From the NCBI RefSeq assembly GCF_001194135.2, contig NC_068986.1:294394-358393 (forward strand): a DNA stretch of 64,000 nucleotides, read 5' to 3'. Origin of the DNA: Octopus bimaculoides (lineage: Eukaryota). Made by a program: the position numbers and the translations under genes. The notes under the pieces are model-generated. The model ran no database searches, was not told the DNA's origin, and saw only the letters and a program-made list of their open reading frames with translations. Below, one piece after another: positions 50,486 through 63,629 of this stretch (positions within the stretch are counted from its first letter, which is position 1; each line of letters starts with the position of its first letter).

Positions 50486-51873
50486 ATCTCTCAATCCTAC
50501 CTGCGTCTCGTTATGTAGATTATAATCAAATTGTGGCTTTGATATTCATTTCTGTTCTTTCTTTTTAAATTTATTCAGGTTAAATAAATGAAAAAAAATA
50601 TTGGGTTTTGAGTTGAAGGACAAAGTTTATTTGACACTCAACATAATTCCTGTATTTTATGATACGATATTTTCTGTTTTGTTCCCAACTGAAATTTGTT
50701 TGATTTCCATGTCAACAAACTCCAAATTTCGTTTGCTGAAAGTATAATAATTTTAGACTTCAAATAATGATTTTTAACATGCAGGAAACAAGATATTTTC
50801 AAAAACAAATCAAAACTAATGAGATTTGATATTTTTTCTTCATCGTATTCTTGCAATAATCATGCGGGCATATCCTTTCTGTAAGGTTAAGTTTGATGCC
50901 AAAAACGTTTATGCTGAAACTGCTTTTGTTGTAGCTGGCGTTCATAATCTCATTTTGTATTCTTTCCTTGTCAAACATTACGGGCGATAGAAATGTCAAA
51001 TATTCGGCTACTATATCACATTTGTTGTTGCGTCTTATATTCTTCTTGTTACTGTTTCTCTTCCTAGTGTTTGTATTACTCTTCTGCTATTAATAATATT
51101 CTCCATTTGTTGATTGTTCTGCGGCAACAGATTTCACAATTTTTAATGTTATCTGCAATTACAAGATGTAAATTCGAAAGAAGTGGAGCGATGATGATGC
51201 TTTCAATGAGATTTTTTTCTTTTTTTACGCAAGGTTAAAAACAAGATCGTAATCAGAACAGGATGGTTGTGTGGTTAAGAAATGCGCGTAGCAATTTCGT
51301 GTTTCTAGATTAGCTCTCACTAGGGTAAATAGGCAGCATGATAGACGTCCATCATAGCTTCGAGTCGACCAAAGCCACGTTCACTCCTCAGCTGTTTCAT
51401 TTCAGTTTAGTCAATTATTTTCTATGATAGTCTCTAGTTAAAGGATACCTTATAGGTGGAAGGTCGTAGAGGGAAACTGAGAAGCCCGTTGGAAGCGGTG
51501 TTCTTCCCCTTGGGTTGTATACTTAATCCTTTATCCTGTTTCAGATCCCACCAGCACCTTTTGTGATGTTATCGGAATCCAATCTCTTGTTAGCGTTCAT
51601 GTTAGATCTCCAGTGGAAGGACAACTCCTTCCTTTTAGAATACTGCATGGTTGCAAAGTGGGTTAAGGATATAATAGTTTTGTAGCCTATCACCAGAACG
51701 AGGAACGAAAGCGCGTCAATAAGCCAGTGCAGCGTACCCGCAACCACAAAGCTATGTATAAATGACTTTACAATCCAATCTAATAGTAGCCTCAAATTTC
51801 CTCTTTGGTTGGTCATCGATCTACACAGGCTAGAGTGAACTTACTTTTAGTGTACTTGGAGATTTGTAGCAGG

Positions 51874-52900
51874 ATGAACAATGAAGAATTTGATAAGTCA
51901 CATATTTTATGTGAAATTTTATTATAAATTTTGAAAACGTTTACAGAAACGTTTTTAGTGATACAACAGACTTATGGAAGGGATGTTATTTGAGCAATAC
52001 GTAACGTTATGAATGATACCAATCTTTCTTCAAAAGGTAAGAATATCAATCAAATCTGTTCTGAATCTGGACGCCTTTTTAAGACAACGGACAATGAGCT
52101 GAGATCCATATCATTGTCGCTTTACTGTCCATGAACTTCCAGAAAAAGGTAGGTATATGTAAACTTTTATGTCGCATGATTTTAAAATTAAAACTGAAGT
52201 TCTGTGCCGTCGCAAACTTTGTGCTGTGTCTGCTGACAGGCGGACAAAAACAGAATGAAGTCACAGTCAACACGAGTTTTTTGATTGTTCGAATATTGAG
52301 ACTGCTTTCTGGAAAATGACATAACAAATCTCAAAATGTTAGTTTCTAGTCACAACATCGAAACAAAAATATTGTCATCGAAGGTTCTAGGAGATCATCG
52401 ACGCCGCGAACAAATATAGCAGGTCATAATCACTTAAATGAGATGATATAAAGGCTTTTCATTGGAAGCGTATGTTTCACTATAAGATTATTTCATGTGA
52501 TCAGATGACATAAACAGTTCCACCTTAATCTTTTGAGGGGTTTGAGAGAGATATTGCAGAGAAAATGGCCAGAAGCGTGGGCAAACAAAATCAATATGTT
52601 GTATCATTTCAACACAGCCGATCACTCGTCGCTACCTAGTTGTGACTTTTAGCAAAATACGTGACGACATTAACTTTCAAGCTGCCCATTTCTCGACACT
52701 TCACTCTTGTAAACGTTTTGCTGTCATTTTTCAGAGAATGAAAATTCACCCCGAAAACTTGCTGAATTCAGAGAGAATATGGCAAAAGGTTCTCTACGAG
52801 AATTGCGTATTACTTCAAGATACATGTTCCAAAACTAGACAAAATATTTGGGAGCAGTGTATCAACATTAGAGGAATATAGTTTGAAGGAAACAAGTTTA
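51874..52900 (+). mobile_element. Heavily decayed mariner transposase (irritans-like)
   Basis: MNNEEF...TETFLVIQQTYG; LTVHELPEKVGICKLLCRMILKLKLKFCAVANFVLCLLTGGQKQN; SHNIETK; C-terminal WEQCINIRG.*FEG. Confidence 0.75.
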
Positions 52901-52909
52901 AGTTGTATA

Positions 52910-53038
52910 TACGAGGGGTGTATGGATAGTCTTGAGCCTCAAAACAAAACAAAACATGGTACAAGACTTCTAATGAAGGTACAAGACTTCAAGGCCCAAA
53001 TGCCTTGGAGGCTCAAAACCTTTCATACACCTCTTGTA
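52910..53038. mobile_element. Mariner-type MITE with TA ends
   Basis: tacgaggggtgtatggatagtcttgagcctc versus the reverse complement of the right end tacaagaggtgtatgaaaggttttgagcctc; about 130 bp, internal ggtacaagacttc duplicated. Confidence 0.85.
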
Positions 53039-53362
53039 TAGTAATAAATTTGTTTTAAAAGGTTGGTTTCTTTTTAGATTAATCTCGTAAAGTAGTCGAA
53101 ACAGGGAATAAAAAAGTTATATTAAAGGTGTCCAAACTCTAGACAAACCAATGCTGAGATAATATACAAAAACAAAGAGCGTGGAGAAGAAGCTAATCCT
53201 CTTTTGAGGCACAAAGAATTTGGACTAATAAATCTTCGAAGAAAACTCAAGGAATTTATATTTGAAATGAAGATGGAAAAGAAATTTGAAAGATAAAATT
53301 ATACAAAAAGAAAAATGTCTTGCAAAGACGGAGAAGAAAAAATAAAAATGCAAAATAATCCT

Positions 53363-53441
<79 letters not shown>

Positions 53442-53609
53442 ATATAGCTTATACTGGAGGAGGGATGGGGTGGAAAAGGGTATATCGGGTGGATGTCCAC
53501 CGTGTTAGTGCGTATGTGTTTGTGAGTGTGTTTGTGTATGTTCTGATCAAACTCTTTACTGGATTCCCAGGTATAAGTTGTGGGAAGGCCGAAGATGAGG
53601 GACTGGTCA

Positions 53610-53990
53610 TTATAGTGACGATGGGGCACGCAGATGTGATAGGATGTACTTCCTTTCATGTGGGCAAGGATTAAAAGTTTCGTTTCTGCTGTTCAGGTAG
53701 ATACTTAGGTGCTAAGAGAGCTTTAATATTGCTCTTTTCTCCGCCAAGCATAATCTGTACTTCATGCTGCTATTGAAGTACGAGTTATATTTCTCTAAAA
53801 TCCTCCACTTTATGCTGCATTCGGTAGCGCTTTCTTTCAACGACCATACGTATTTGGCAGAGTTGTGGCATTACGTCTCCCCGGGATGTTGAAGGAGGAC
53901 TAGTGGCTGTTATAGCGGGTTCTGGAGGGGCTTTCAGTTGCTCCTACGTACTTTCGCACATTTGGTGTCGAGAACTGGATTCATCTATGG
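53610..53990 (-). mobile_element. Penelope-like element GIY-YIG endonuclease C-terminal remnant
   Basis: RKYVGATESPSRTRYNSH*SSFN..RRNATTL / AKYVWSLKESATECSIKWRILEKY...YRLCLAEKRAIL / LNSRNETFNPCPHERKYIL, matching the YIG.T...K.RY..H, LS.Y.W.LK, C.LCL.EK and LN.R.E...C.H motifs. Confidence 0.85.
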
Positions 53991-54945
53991 TGCAAATGCA
54001 TCACTTGAAATTGGAAACTGTCTTGAGTAATAACTAGCGAAGGAGAAATCTATTAACATGAGAAATCTATTAACGACCAATGCTAGTTAATAAAATTTTA
54101 TGCCCACCTTTGAATTACTTTCCAGGCAGCCCCCATATATCGGATACATACACACACATTGGATACATACACAGACATATACACTCATGCATAAATAAAA
54201 TAGCTTGATACATAAATAAATACATTGATAGATAGATATATAGTCATAGATAGATAGATAGATGGGATGATGGATATATAGATTTAAACCCCCTGCAGTT
54301 GTCCTTGGAGATAAACCCACCAAATAAAGTGGGTTATCTGCAAGTTTTTAATAAGGTTTAAATCAACAAGCTCAAATGTACTGTTTACAATTTTTATGAT
54401 TATTTGATAATTTTTCATCTATCGATTATGCATTTGCACGTACATAGAGAAATGCACTTAAATACATTTATCGAAGTCTGTATAATTGTTCATTTTTATC
54501 AAGCTTTCGTATCTTTATTGATATAAAGATTTAGAATTATTGAAGATTTCAAAGCCTGCATAAGATTAATTCAGATTCATTTTAAATTTTGAATTACGTT
54601 TCATAAAATCTTGACAATAATAAAAAATATCTTAATATATTTTATACTACACAGGATTACAACTCGTGCAATTCCATACACTCTTTCCCACTCACTGATT
54701 CTGTTGCTCCGTTTCGATGATTTATGGGACATGAAAGTAATCTGGACTATCAATTTTCCAGTTTAACTGCACGTGATTATTTACATACATACATACACAC
54801 ATACATGCACACACACATATACATCCATACATAGACACACCCACACCCACAAATACATACATACATATGAAGATAGGTAAATAGATTGACAGGTATATAT
54901 ATATGTATATGTGTATGAATATATATATATATAGACATATATAAT

Positions 54946-55024
<79 letters not shown>

Positions 55025-55371
55025 GAGTGGAGGCAATACGAGCGGAAGACTAGAGGAGCATGACCTAATATCCATCAGAATATTCAATATACATGCGAAC
55101 TTTCTTCGACATTAATAAAGCGACATAAGGCTCAACTTGATACAAGTATTAACTTGTATTAATAACTGTAATTTATAGTTTTCTATATATGTGTAGGTGT
55201 TTCAGTCCTTATGTGTATATGTGTGTGCGGTGTAGTCGTATACTAGTGTTGTTGAATGCGTGTGTGATTATAGGGACGTTGTTTGTATATGTGTCTGAGT
55301 GTGTGGGCGCCATTGTCTGTATATATCTGTATTCAGTTACTTGTAAGACTTTTAAATATGTGATACTTTGA

Positions 55372-55470
55372 TATGGTGGTAGATGCAATATGGCTGAATG
55401 GTAAAGACGTTCGTCTTGTAACATCAAGGTCCCAGGTTTCGCCCCATTGTGTGGCACCTTAGGCAAGTGA
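55372..55470 (+). mobile_element. SINE family B-like head fragment
   Basis: atatggctgaatggtaaagacgttcg...ggtcccaggtttcgccccattgtgtggcaccttaggcaagtg. Confidence 0.65.
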
Positions 55471-56095
55471 CATTTTATATATCTATATATATGTTATGTA
55501 CGTGTCATATTTGTGGGAATGAGAAAATGTCTAGAATAAATGTACGCATTTGCATATTTTTACGTTTAAATATTTTAGATTACATGTTCGAAAGTAGATA
55601 CATCCCTTTGAATTTTGCATATATTCCTATACAAACACACCCATATTTGTTTATGACAATATAATGAAAAGTGTATATAATTTATAAATCTATATTTACT
55701 TTATTTAAATTATCAGTGTGGTTGATATAGCTTACTAGATTCCGATATATAGATTTATGGAAACGCAACCGATATATCTTAACTTTAGATTCTCAAATTT
55801 TTGCTCCAAAATGATAAAACACATTCTTTTTCTCTCGCTTCTGAATTCCACCCGCAATATTATAGTATAACCTTAAAGTACTTTTCTTAGAATGTAAATT
55901 TCAATTTTTCTGTATAGAATCAGTAAACAGAAGACGGACATTACTGATTGAATAAACCGTTAGGCGAAATTTCAAGACTCCGTCAACATTAAGTTGAAAG
56001 AAATTTAAATCTGTTTCTAGAATTGAAACTCCCATCAGTATATATTCTATTGTTGTTCTTAAAACTCCTTTAAAATAAAATCACCCCACCAAGTT

Positions 56096-56096
<1 letters not shown>

Positions 56097-56165
<69 letters not shown>

Positions 56166-56183
56166 AGAGAGAGAGAGAGAGAG
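56097..56183. repeat. (TA)n-(GA)n microsatellite
   Basis: Directly visible; a large mixed CA/TA tract also lies at 54780-55020. Confidence 0.95.
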
Positions 56184-56570
56184 ATAAATGCTATGTGTGT
56201 ATACATATATTTACACACAGAAGCACACATTGATATACCTTTGTGTTTGCGCGCGCGCGCTCTACAACAGGTTGCCTTCCATTAAATAACTGTGCAACTC
56301 TTATTAAATACAAATTTTCTTTGAATTTAAAATTTTTCGACTATTTGTTTGATTGTTTATAGATGTATACATTTGTTGTTGTTGTTTCACCATTCTTAAT
56401 ACATTTCCTTATTTATATATAAAGCAATATTGAATTGACACAAAGCAAATATGTACAAGAATACGAAAACAAAATCAAGATTGAATCATAATATAAGAAA
56501 TGAAATAGTTGAAATTGATATAGGTATCGGTTAATCGATCTGCTTTCATTGATTCTCAAGATTATCGATC

Positions 56571-57830
56571 TATGCACGTAGTCAAACAATATCGTTTTCG
56601 TTTCCGATTAATTTAATTGAAAGAAAACATTTTGTCAAATCGTGTTTGGGTACCTCCCCGTTATTTATAAAATGATCTCTTCGGCAGCTTCTGTGTCCAT
56701 AAAATGCAATGCACAACATAGATGATACTGTGCTATTAACATAAGATAGATGTTTTTTGCCATCGATCCTTGCCAATACACCGATCCCAGCGTTCCTGCC
56801 ACTTTCAGAATCCGGCCTGGAAGTTGTTTTCCGTAAGAGAGTCGAAGACCTTCTGCGATTCGCTCTGGATTTCGACAACGGTGTATAAACGCCGACTTTT
56901 TAGCTGCATTTCCAAACTTGCGGAAAAGATGGAAATCTGCAGGTGCTAAATCTGGCGAATAGGATGGATGCTGAAACGATATCATGGTAATTTTGGCGAG
57001 AAACTCACGCGTGAGGAGAGCTCAGTGACAGGATGAATTAACGTCGTGAAGAATCCAATTATTCGCGCTCCACAGATTCGGTCGCTTTCGCCGAATGTCC
57101 TGCATCAAACGTTTCAAAATGTCGCGGAGGAACTCTCGATTGATGGTCTGACCCTGGGAGGCGAATTCTCGATGCGCAATACCACGGATATCGAAATCAG
57201 CGAAGAGCATGCTCTTCATTGGTCTGCGGCTCTGTTGTACCTTCTCCAGTCGTGGAGATGAAGGCCTCTTCCATTGTGACGACTGCTGCTTCATCTCAGG
57301 GTTGTACCTGTAGACCGAATTCTTGGATCATCAGCGGCACGCTGGCGTCGATCTTGGCAGACTTCGACACGATGTTCCTTCTGCTCAGTGGTCAGTGGAC
57401 GGGAGATAAACTTGGCAGAAATACGCCACATGTTCAATTCAGACGGTGTGCACGAATCCACACGACAGACCAAGATCAGTAATGTCGTTGGTTGTCTTCC
57501 GACGATTTTTATGCACAAGCTGATGAATTTTATCCATATTTCATGGGTTGACGCTCGTAGCAGGTCTTGAATCGCTCATCGTCTTCCAGGGACGTTCATC
57601 GCGTTCCTAGTCCCGTGCCATTCAAAACATTGCGTACGACCCATTGCCCCGTCGCCGTAAACCTGCCGAAGCATGCTCAATGTCTCTCGACTATTACGGC
57701 TTACTTGGATACTTTGTTCTTGCCCAGAAAGTCATTTAGAACTATAAATGAAGTCTATGCTACAGCTTCAATGCAATTCATTGGATTTACAAAATCCCAT
57801 CTTTCATCAATTTTCTGATTTGAGGCCCAA
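56571..57830 (-). mobile_element. Near full-length, frameshifted mariner (irritans-like) element
   Basis: ETLSMLRQVYGDGAMGRTQCFEW; ISAKFISRPLTTEQKEHRVEVCQD; KQQSSQWKRPSSPR..KSML..FDIRGIAHREF..GQTINREF; NWILHD; HPSYSPDLAPADFHLF. Confidence 0.92.
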
Positions 57831-58759
57831 CAAATACTCCAGCTTTTATCTTTCACCACTCAGACCAGAAAATGTACTGCAGATATAGCGAAAGCATGGT
57901 CCGTCTTTATCCAGAGCTATAATGATCTGCTTCAGAATGATGAGTTTCATAAGGAGCGGAGGTATGATGATTTTTCTCGATTAAACTAAAGGTTCTTCAA
58001 TCATATTAAAAGACACTGGAACTAATGTTCGCTGCGGCCATTCTTTTAAATCAGTATACAAGGATATGATAGTATAGATGACTGAATTTAGTACTTCATA
58101 AAAACTTAGGATATCTTGGATTGCAGCTTTAGTAACATTATAATGCAAAAAGCGAGGGGAATCTACAATGCGGATTCATGTCCAGATTATAGCGAATTCC
58201 TTAGATTATTCCTTCATAAGTATATGAACTTGTATCATAAGAGAAATAGTTTGTGTTTTCGTAGCCTTCATCAGAATATTCTATGAAATGAAATATCTTG
58301 AAACAAAAATCGAAACTAGTTTGTGAACTGAACAAGACAGCGCATTAAAGGCATATCAACTGTAAACATTTCTTCACCGGTGAGCAGAAACAATGGAATA
58401 AACCGACGTTTCATTTATAACGCCTCAACTATTTGCTGCAGTTGAAATGTGGATACTTGTTATGTAGCTTTGATTTCAGAAAATTATCTACTTAATGCCA
58501 TTGTTTGTACAACTGTACTGCTTAGTCTCTCCTTTTTGAAGTAGTTCTAAAGTGTTAATTTCCCGATCAGAATAGACACTACGGAAACACAATACGTTGA
58601 CTCAAATGTTGAAGCAATTCACCAATGAAATCATCGGATTTTGAGTATTCAATTTAATGGACATTTGAGATGAAATAGAAGTTTCAATTATTATACAAAT
58701 AGAAAGCTAATGTCAGATACAAATCAATTATTTCTCACTATTTGTGTTGTTAGAGCGTC

Positions 58760-58870
58760 GGAAAATGCTTTGCGGCATTCGTTCTGGCGCTTCGCGTTCC
58801 ACGTTCAGATCGCACCAAGGTCAGCTTTACCTTTTATCCCCTCCAGAGTCTATCCCTACGAATTGTTTAC
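58760..58870 (+). mobile_element. Decayed SINE family A copy
   Basis: aaatgctttgcggcattcgttc...gttcagatcgcaccaaggtcagctttaccttttatcc. Confidence 0.6.
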
Positions 58871-58919
58871 CTGTAGCTTAAATCAGAACTAACAAATTTT
58901 AACTAAGACAGCAGCGCAT

Positions 58920-59157
58920 GCCTATTATTATTATTATTATTATTTATTATTATTTAAGACATCGCACAATATCCAATATCGTGATGTTGTTGATTGAAGA
59001 TATTGAGTCTACCGGGGGGTTTGTACTGTCTGTCAAGTCACAAGAAGGACCTCAGACAAACTACTTTACGCAATATGCGTGCTGTTCCAAGTAATGCCGA
59101 TTTTTGCAATACACCTAGATCGTGGGGTATTTCTAAAGTTTCAGATGTTTCTTCAGC

Positions 59158-59190
<33 letters not shown>
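58920..59190 (-). mobile_element. R4/Dong-like LINE 3' end flanked by TTA/TAA runs
   Basis: LEIPHDLGVLQKSALLGTARILRKVV; (TAA)n tail on the minus strand at 58922-58955. Confidence 0.75.
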
Positions 59191-59624
59191 GGTGCTGAAA
59201 TAACTACCGCAATACATGTTACTCAACGCTCTTGCGATTCTATCAATTTGTCTACATATTAATGTCATTGAAAAACAAACGGGCGTCTTGCAATCCTATT
59301 TCTAACCTTTTCAATTTGTGGTATTGTCTCTAAGCTAGACAAATCAATTTATATCTATGAAATAAATTAAAATTAAATGTACAAGAAAATATATGAAAAC
59401 TGCATTGATATTTCTCAAAACTTTTAAGTAATCTTCTGAAAACATATGTATGTATATATATATATAAATGTATGTATATATATATATATGTATNNNNNNN
59501 NNNNNNNNNNNNNNNNNNNNNNNNNNNNNNNNNNNNNNNNNNNNNNNNNNNNNNNNNNNNNNNNNNNNNNNNNNNNNNNNNNNNNNNNNNNNNATATATA
59601 TATATATATACCTACACACACACA

Positions 59625-59680
59625 TATATTAATTTTTATCTTTTACTCGTTTCAGTCATTTAACTGCGGTCATGCTGCGC
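59625..59680 (-). mobile_element. SINE family B 3' terminus
   Basis: ttttactcgtttcagtcatttaactgcggtcatgctg is the reverse complement of the B 3' end. Confidence 0.75.
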
Positions 59681-60794
59681 AAATACATATAGTGTAAAGG
59701 ATGTGTACTTATATAAACGGTTATTTAATTTAGGTGAACAAGGAGGAAATGAAAGTTTGAGCCGGATTAACTGGAAATCTTTGTTACTAATGGATTAGTT
59801 TAGTAGTAGTGAGAGTTGATGCTGAATAAACACAAGCCTTATCTTTTACAAATAATTTGGACAGCGGCGTGGGTCAGAGATACAATTGTAGAAACGAATA
59901 TGAAAAGATAACACAACCGTCACTCTCAAACCAATAATGACTTAGTAACTTGTACCATGCTTTTACTAATTGTTTTAGGTACTTATGTAGTTGCAAGCAG
60001 ATCTAGACACTCTTGAAGCCGTACCACTAACGATCCAGTCGAACAAGGATGTGACAGTCGGAGGGAAACAGGCCAGCACCAACACTCAGGTGGTGTTCGA
60101 TTCGGTTGAGTAGACTGGAATAACATTAAATAAAATGCCTCGTCCATTGGTACAACACATTGCTCGGTGTATGAATTGAACCAGTGATACCTTAAGGCAT
60201 CAGACAATTAATCGGGGGGCCCACATATCTAGGTATCTAGGGGCCCAGTTATGATCTATGTAAGTTGTGACCTGCTGTCAATAAATATATGGTTCATATG
60301 CCAGAGCATTAATTTGACTTGGGGCCTCATAGGTCTAGGGATCCCAATTAAGATCGATCTACGCTGTAGCCTGCTTTCAAGAAATAAATACTATAGGGTC
60401 AGCGCATTGATTTGCTCCGAGGCTAATAATGCGAAGACGGGTCTGAATCGAACCCACATTTTCATGATCGCAAGTCCAACTCCCTCACCACTTAGCTACC
60501 TGCCTTCACTGACAAGAATATAGCATTGTAATAAAAGCTAAATCTATTACTAGTTTGTTCAGTTTAATATTATTTCAATAATTTGTAAAAATTCATATCT
60601 TACTAATTGAAAGTTTCATTTAAGCTTCGTGTATTTGCGTCTAAACGGATTTATTGAAAAATTCAAGACTTTTCAGTAATAAATTATTTATTTAATTTAT
60701 TCCATAAACAAACACATGGAAATATAAAATATGCATTGTAATATATNNNNNNNNNNNNNNNNNNNNNNNNNNNNNNNNNNNNNNNNNNNNNNNN

Positions 60795-60854
<60 letters not shown>

Positions 60855-61214
60855 GCAAACACGTATATGTATATTAAATGCCACAGATTTTTAAACGATA
60901 ATTTAAGTTAAAATAAATACAAACGCTGTACGCATGCGTGTGCGAGAACGCGCGTGTATATCTGTGTGCGTAGAAATTGTGTGCTTACGAGTGCATGTAT
61001 TAAAATATACGATTTTCCATTTATTCCGTTAAGTGATATGAATGGCAACGTATTAGCTTTCGCTATATTTACCAACAGATTAAGCGAGATGAGAAGTTAA
61101 TAATATTACATATCTTTAGCTATATTCTCAATTAAATTCCATCTTTGATTCGACTTGGTATATTCGCTTTTCATTCCATTATCAAAGAATTCAATATTAT
61201 TATATTTTCAATCT

Positions 61215-61455
61215 TAGCACTAATACAGATCGACACCAGTAGATGCCTGGTATTTATTGCAGCGAATCCAGGCGGATGAAAGTCGTTGTGATTGTGGTGG
61301 TTGTTGATGCTCTGGCTGTATCAGTAGTAGTAACAGCAGCAGCAGCGGCGGCGGCAGTAGAAGAAGGAGTAGGAGTAGGAGAAGGAAAGCAGGAGGAGGG
61401 GCGATGGTAGTGATGGTGGTTATATTGCTGGTGGTGGTTGTGCTGGTGGTGCTGG
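61215..61455. repeat. SINE A fragment (-) followed by compound trinucleotide tract (GTT/GTA/GCA/GCG/GGA/GGT)
   Basis: Directly visible; yields homopolymeric ORFs on the minus strand. Confidence 0.8.
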
Positions 61456-61538
61456 TCAAAGCAAGACAATATTATGCCAACGAACTTGAATGTGCTTCTG
61501 AACTTAATGTATGGAGGCATATAACGTAGCTTTATTAG

Positions 61539-61652
61539 AGAGAAATGAAAACCGTGATAACCCATTTGGGCTATTTTCACGAAAGATAAACCAAAAATAC
61601 GTTTTCAATATTTTAAAGAAAATCCAAGAAAAATCACTACATACCTGTAAAG
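61539..61652 (+). CDS. Candidate 114-nt phase 1-1 exon
   Basis: Acceptor gctttattag, strong donor aag|gtatgt, open: RNENRDNPFGLFSRKINQKYVFNILKKIQEKSLHTCK. No homology recognised. Confidence 0.22.
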
Positions 61653-62279
61653 GTATGTTCAAACAGTTCATTTTCGATCAGGTGTCCATATTAGGAAGAC
61701 ATTCTTCCATATTTAGACAGCACTGTTTCTAACTTAAACCTTTTTGTCACCTCCGTCATAGTCATCATGCACGTTACACCAGATAAATGACAATCGTGAC
61801 CACAAACGTTATTTTCCACCAAACCTATTCGAATATTATAAAACTTCAGCTACAATATAAACACATTGTATGAGGGATTTTTTATGCTGCTCTGGAGAAA
61901 TTCTGAAGATATTTTCAGGTACGAAAAGTTTTGTGTGATACTACATATCTCTGTGTCCTCAGCAAAAACATTTTTCGTTTCATCATCATTGCTTGGGCAG
62001 TCAAGGTTTATTGTAAAAACTGAAATATCCATGGCTTATCGCTTAGACACTTCATAATTTGCATTTTTGAGTGTCACGAACGTCCATTCATTCATTTTGA
62101 TCACTCTTATTCGTTCATTCTACTCTTCATTCTTTCGTTCCCCCTCTCTCACATTTCCTTGCTTACTCTTCTTGCTCACTTTCCCTCCACTTTTCACACG
62201 CGACAGACTTCTTTCAATTCTTATCTATCAAATTCACTCACAAGGTTTTAATCGATCCGAGGTTTATAGTTGAAGAAAC

Positions 62280-62412
62280 TCATCGAAGGTGCAATGCAGT
62301 GCAATTGAAATCGGAACCATGTGGTTGGGAAGCAAACTTCTTTCCACATAGTCACTCCTGCACAAGTTATAGTTGAAGACACCCGCCGAAGGTGCAATGC
62401 AGTGGGACTGAA
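62280..62412 (-). mobile_element. Two partial SINE family B heads
   Basis: cgaaggtgcaatgcagtg occurs twice; aaccatgtggttgggaagcaaactt is the reverse complement of the B head. Confidence 0.75.
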
Positions 62413-63629
62413 AATGGAACCAAAATTAAGGCAACCAACTTTTTTCAATTTTGCTAAATAATGTTATATTTCGAATTCGAGCGTTGCAATGCAATGGTAA
62501 AGGAAACGCAATTATGACACGACCACATTTATTCGATATGACCACCTATTTTTTGAATCACAGACTGAAGTCTAGGTGCGAATACTTAACATCTTGCGGA
62601 ATCGAATCCCATTCCCAGTTTTGCCTTCAGAGCGTCGAGGGAAGCATGAGGAATGATCAAGACACTCGTCTCCAAAATGGACCAAACAGAAAAATCCTAC
62701 GGTTGAGATCGGGGCTTTTTGAGTGCCATACATCCTTGCCTATGAACGACGAAATGTTTTTCTGAATCCAGTGTTGTGTTTGTTTGGAGCTGTAGGATGG
62801 TGCCGGGTCTTGTTGGGGGCTCCAAGATGCGCCTTGAAAGTGCTCATTCGCCCATGGAAGCAGTTCGGCTTCCAGAATGTCGCTAATGCACTCCTGGGTG
62901 TTAATTTAACACCAGAAGGCACAAAAACGAGCGAGACCTTCCAGTGGCTGTCACAGCTGCGCAAACCATAACTAACTCAGGATTCTGACATCGATTTAAA
63001 AGTCTACCCTTGACGGAACCAGATACATTCCAGAGCCAGTCCTTCTGGTAGTTTACTGTCTGTTTGATGTCAGATTTCATTTTATCCGTGAACACCAGGT
63101 TGGGCAACATGTTTTCAGCAACCTGATGCAAGATAAGACGACCTCTCTCCAATCTCATGGCCTTATAAACTTGCGTGAGCTCATGACGACGGATCATCTT
63201 GTAGGAGTGTGTCCCGAGATCCTTCTATCAGCACTCGATACACCGATGTTCGGCTTATTTTTGCTGTAGCAGCCAGTTTTCTAACGGAAAGACGTGCATT
63301 TCGCCGGTACTTTTAATCAGCTGAAGGACCAGCACACTTCTTTTTTGGCCACATCCAGGTCAATCAGCGGTGGAACCAGTCTCTTGAAATTTCTTGACAA
63401 TTCTCCAGACTGTTCGATTAATTTAAAGATTTTTGCTATAGCTGTATTACCTTTGCCTCTTTTGCGGAGGGTTATGATTGTATTTCGGTTTATAGCCATT
63501 ATCTAATTTATAAATCTGAATTTATTCAGTCTGACATAAAAAGGAGACACTTTTATAATAATGTATGATTTTCATACCTTAGCTATTAAAGCCCGAAACT
63601 TCAGTTGCCTTCATTTCGGGACACCTTAT
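62412..63629 (-). mobile_element. Near full-length decayed maT/mori-type (DD37D) transposon with degenerate TIRs
   Basis: MAINRNTIITLRKRGKGNTAIAK; NLVFTD; QNPELVMVCAAVTATGRS / LVFVPSGVK; QQDPAPSYSSKQTQHWIQKNISSFIGKDVWHSKSPDLN(P.)DFSVWSILE gives 37 residues between D2 and D3 after correcting a 1-nt deletion. TIR aaggtgtcccgaaatgaaggcaact at the 5' end versus aatggaaccaaaattaaggcaacc at 62413. Confidence 0.88.

Noticed and set aside
50990-51130. TIR-domain-like words (MENIINSRRVI) on minus and a GPCR TM3-like string (CQIFGYYITF) on plus
   Set aside because: Both are short, flanked by stops, and lack the neighbouring conserved motifs.
51545-51661. Acceptor-led + frame DPTSTFCDVIGIQSLVSVHV... 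and a 47-nt candidate at 57915-57961
   Set aside because: Multiple frames are open, there is no recognisable homology and neither could be linked into a gene.
61220-61580. PolyQ/H/P/A/T ORFs resembling a transcription-factor low-complexity region
   Set aside because: This is a compound trinucleotide tract attached to a SINE fragment, with no flanking domain.
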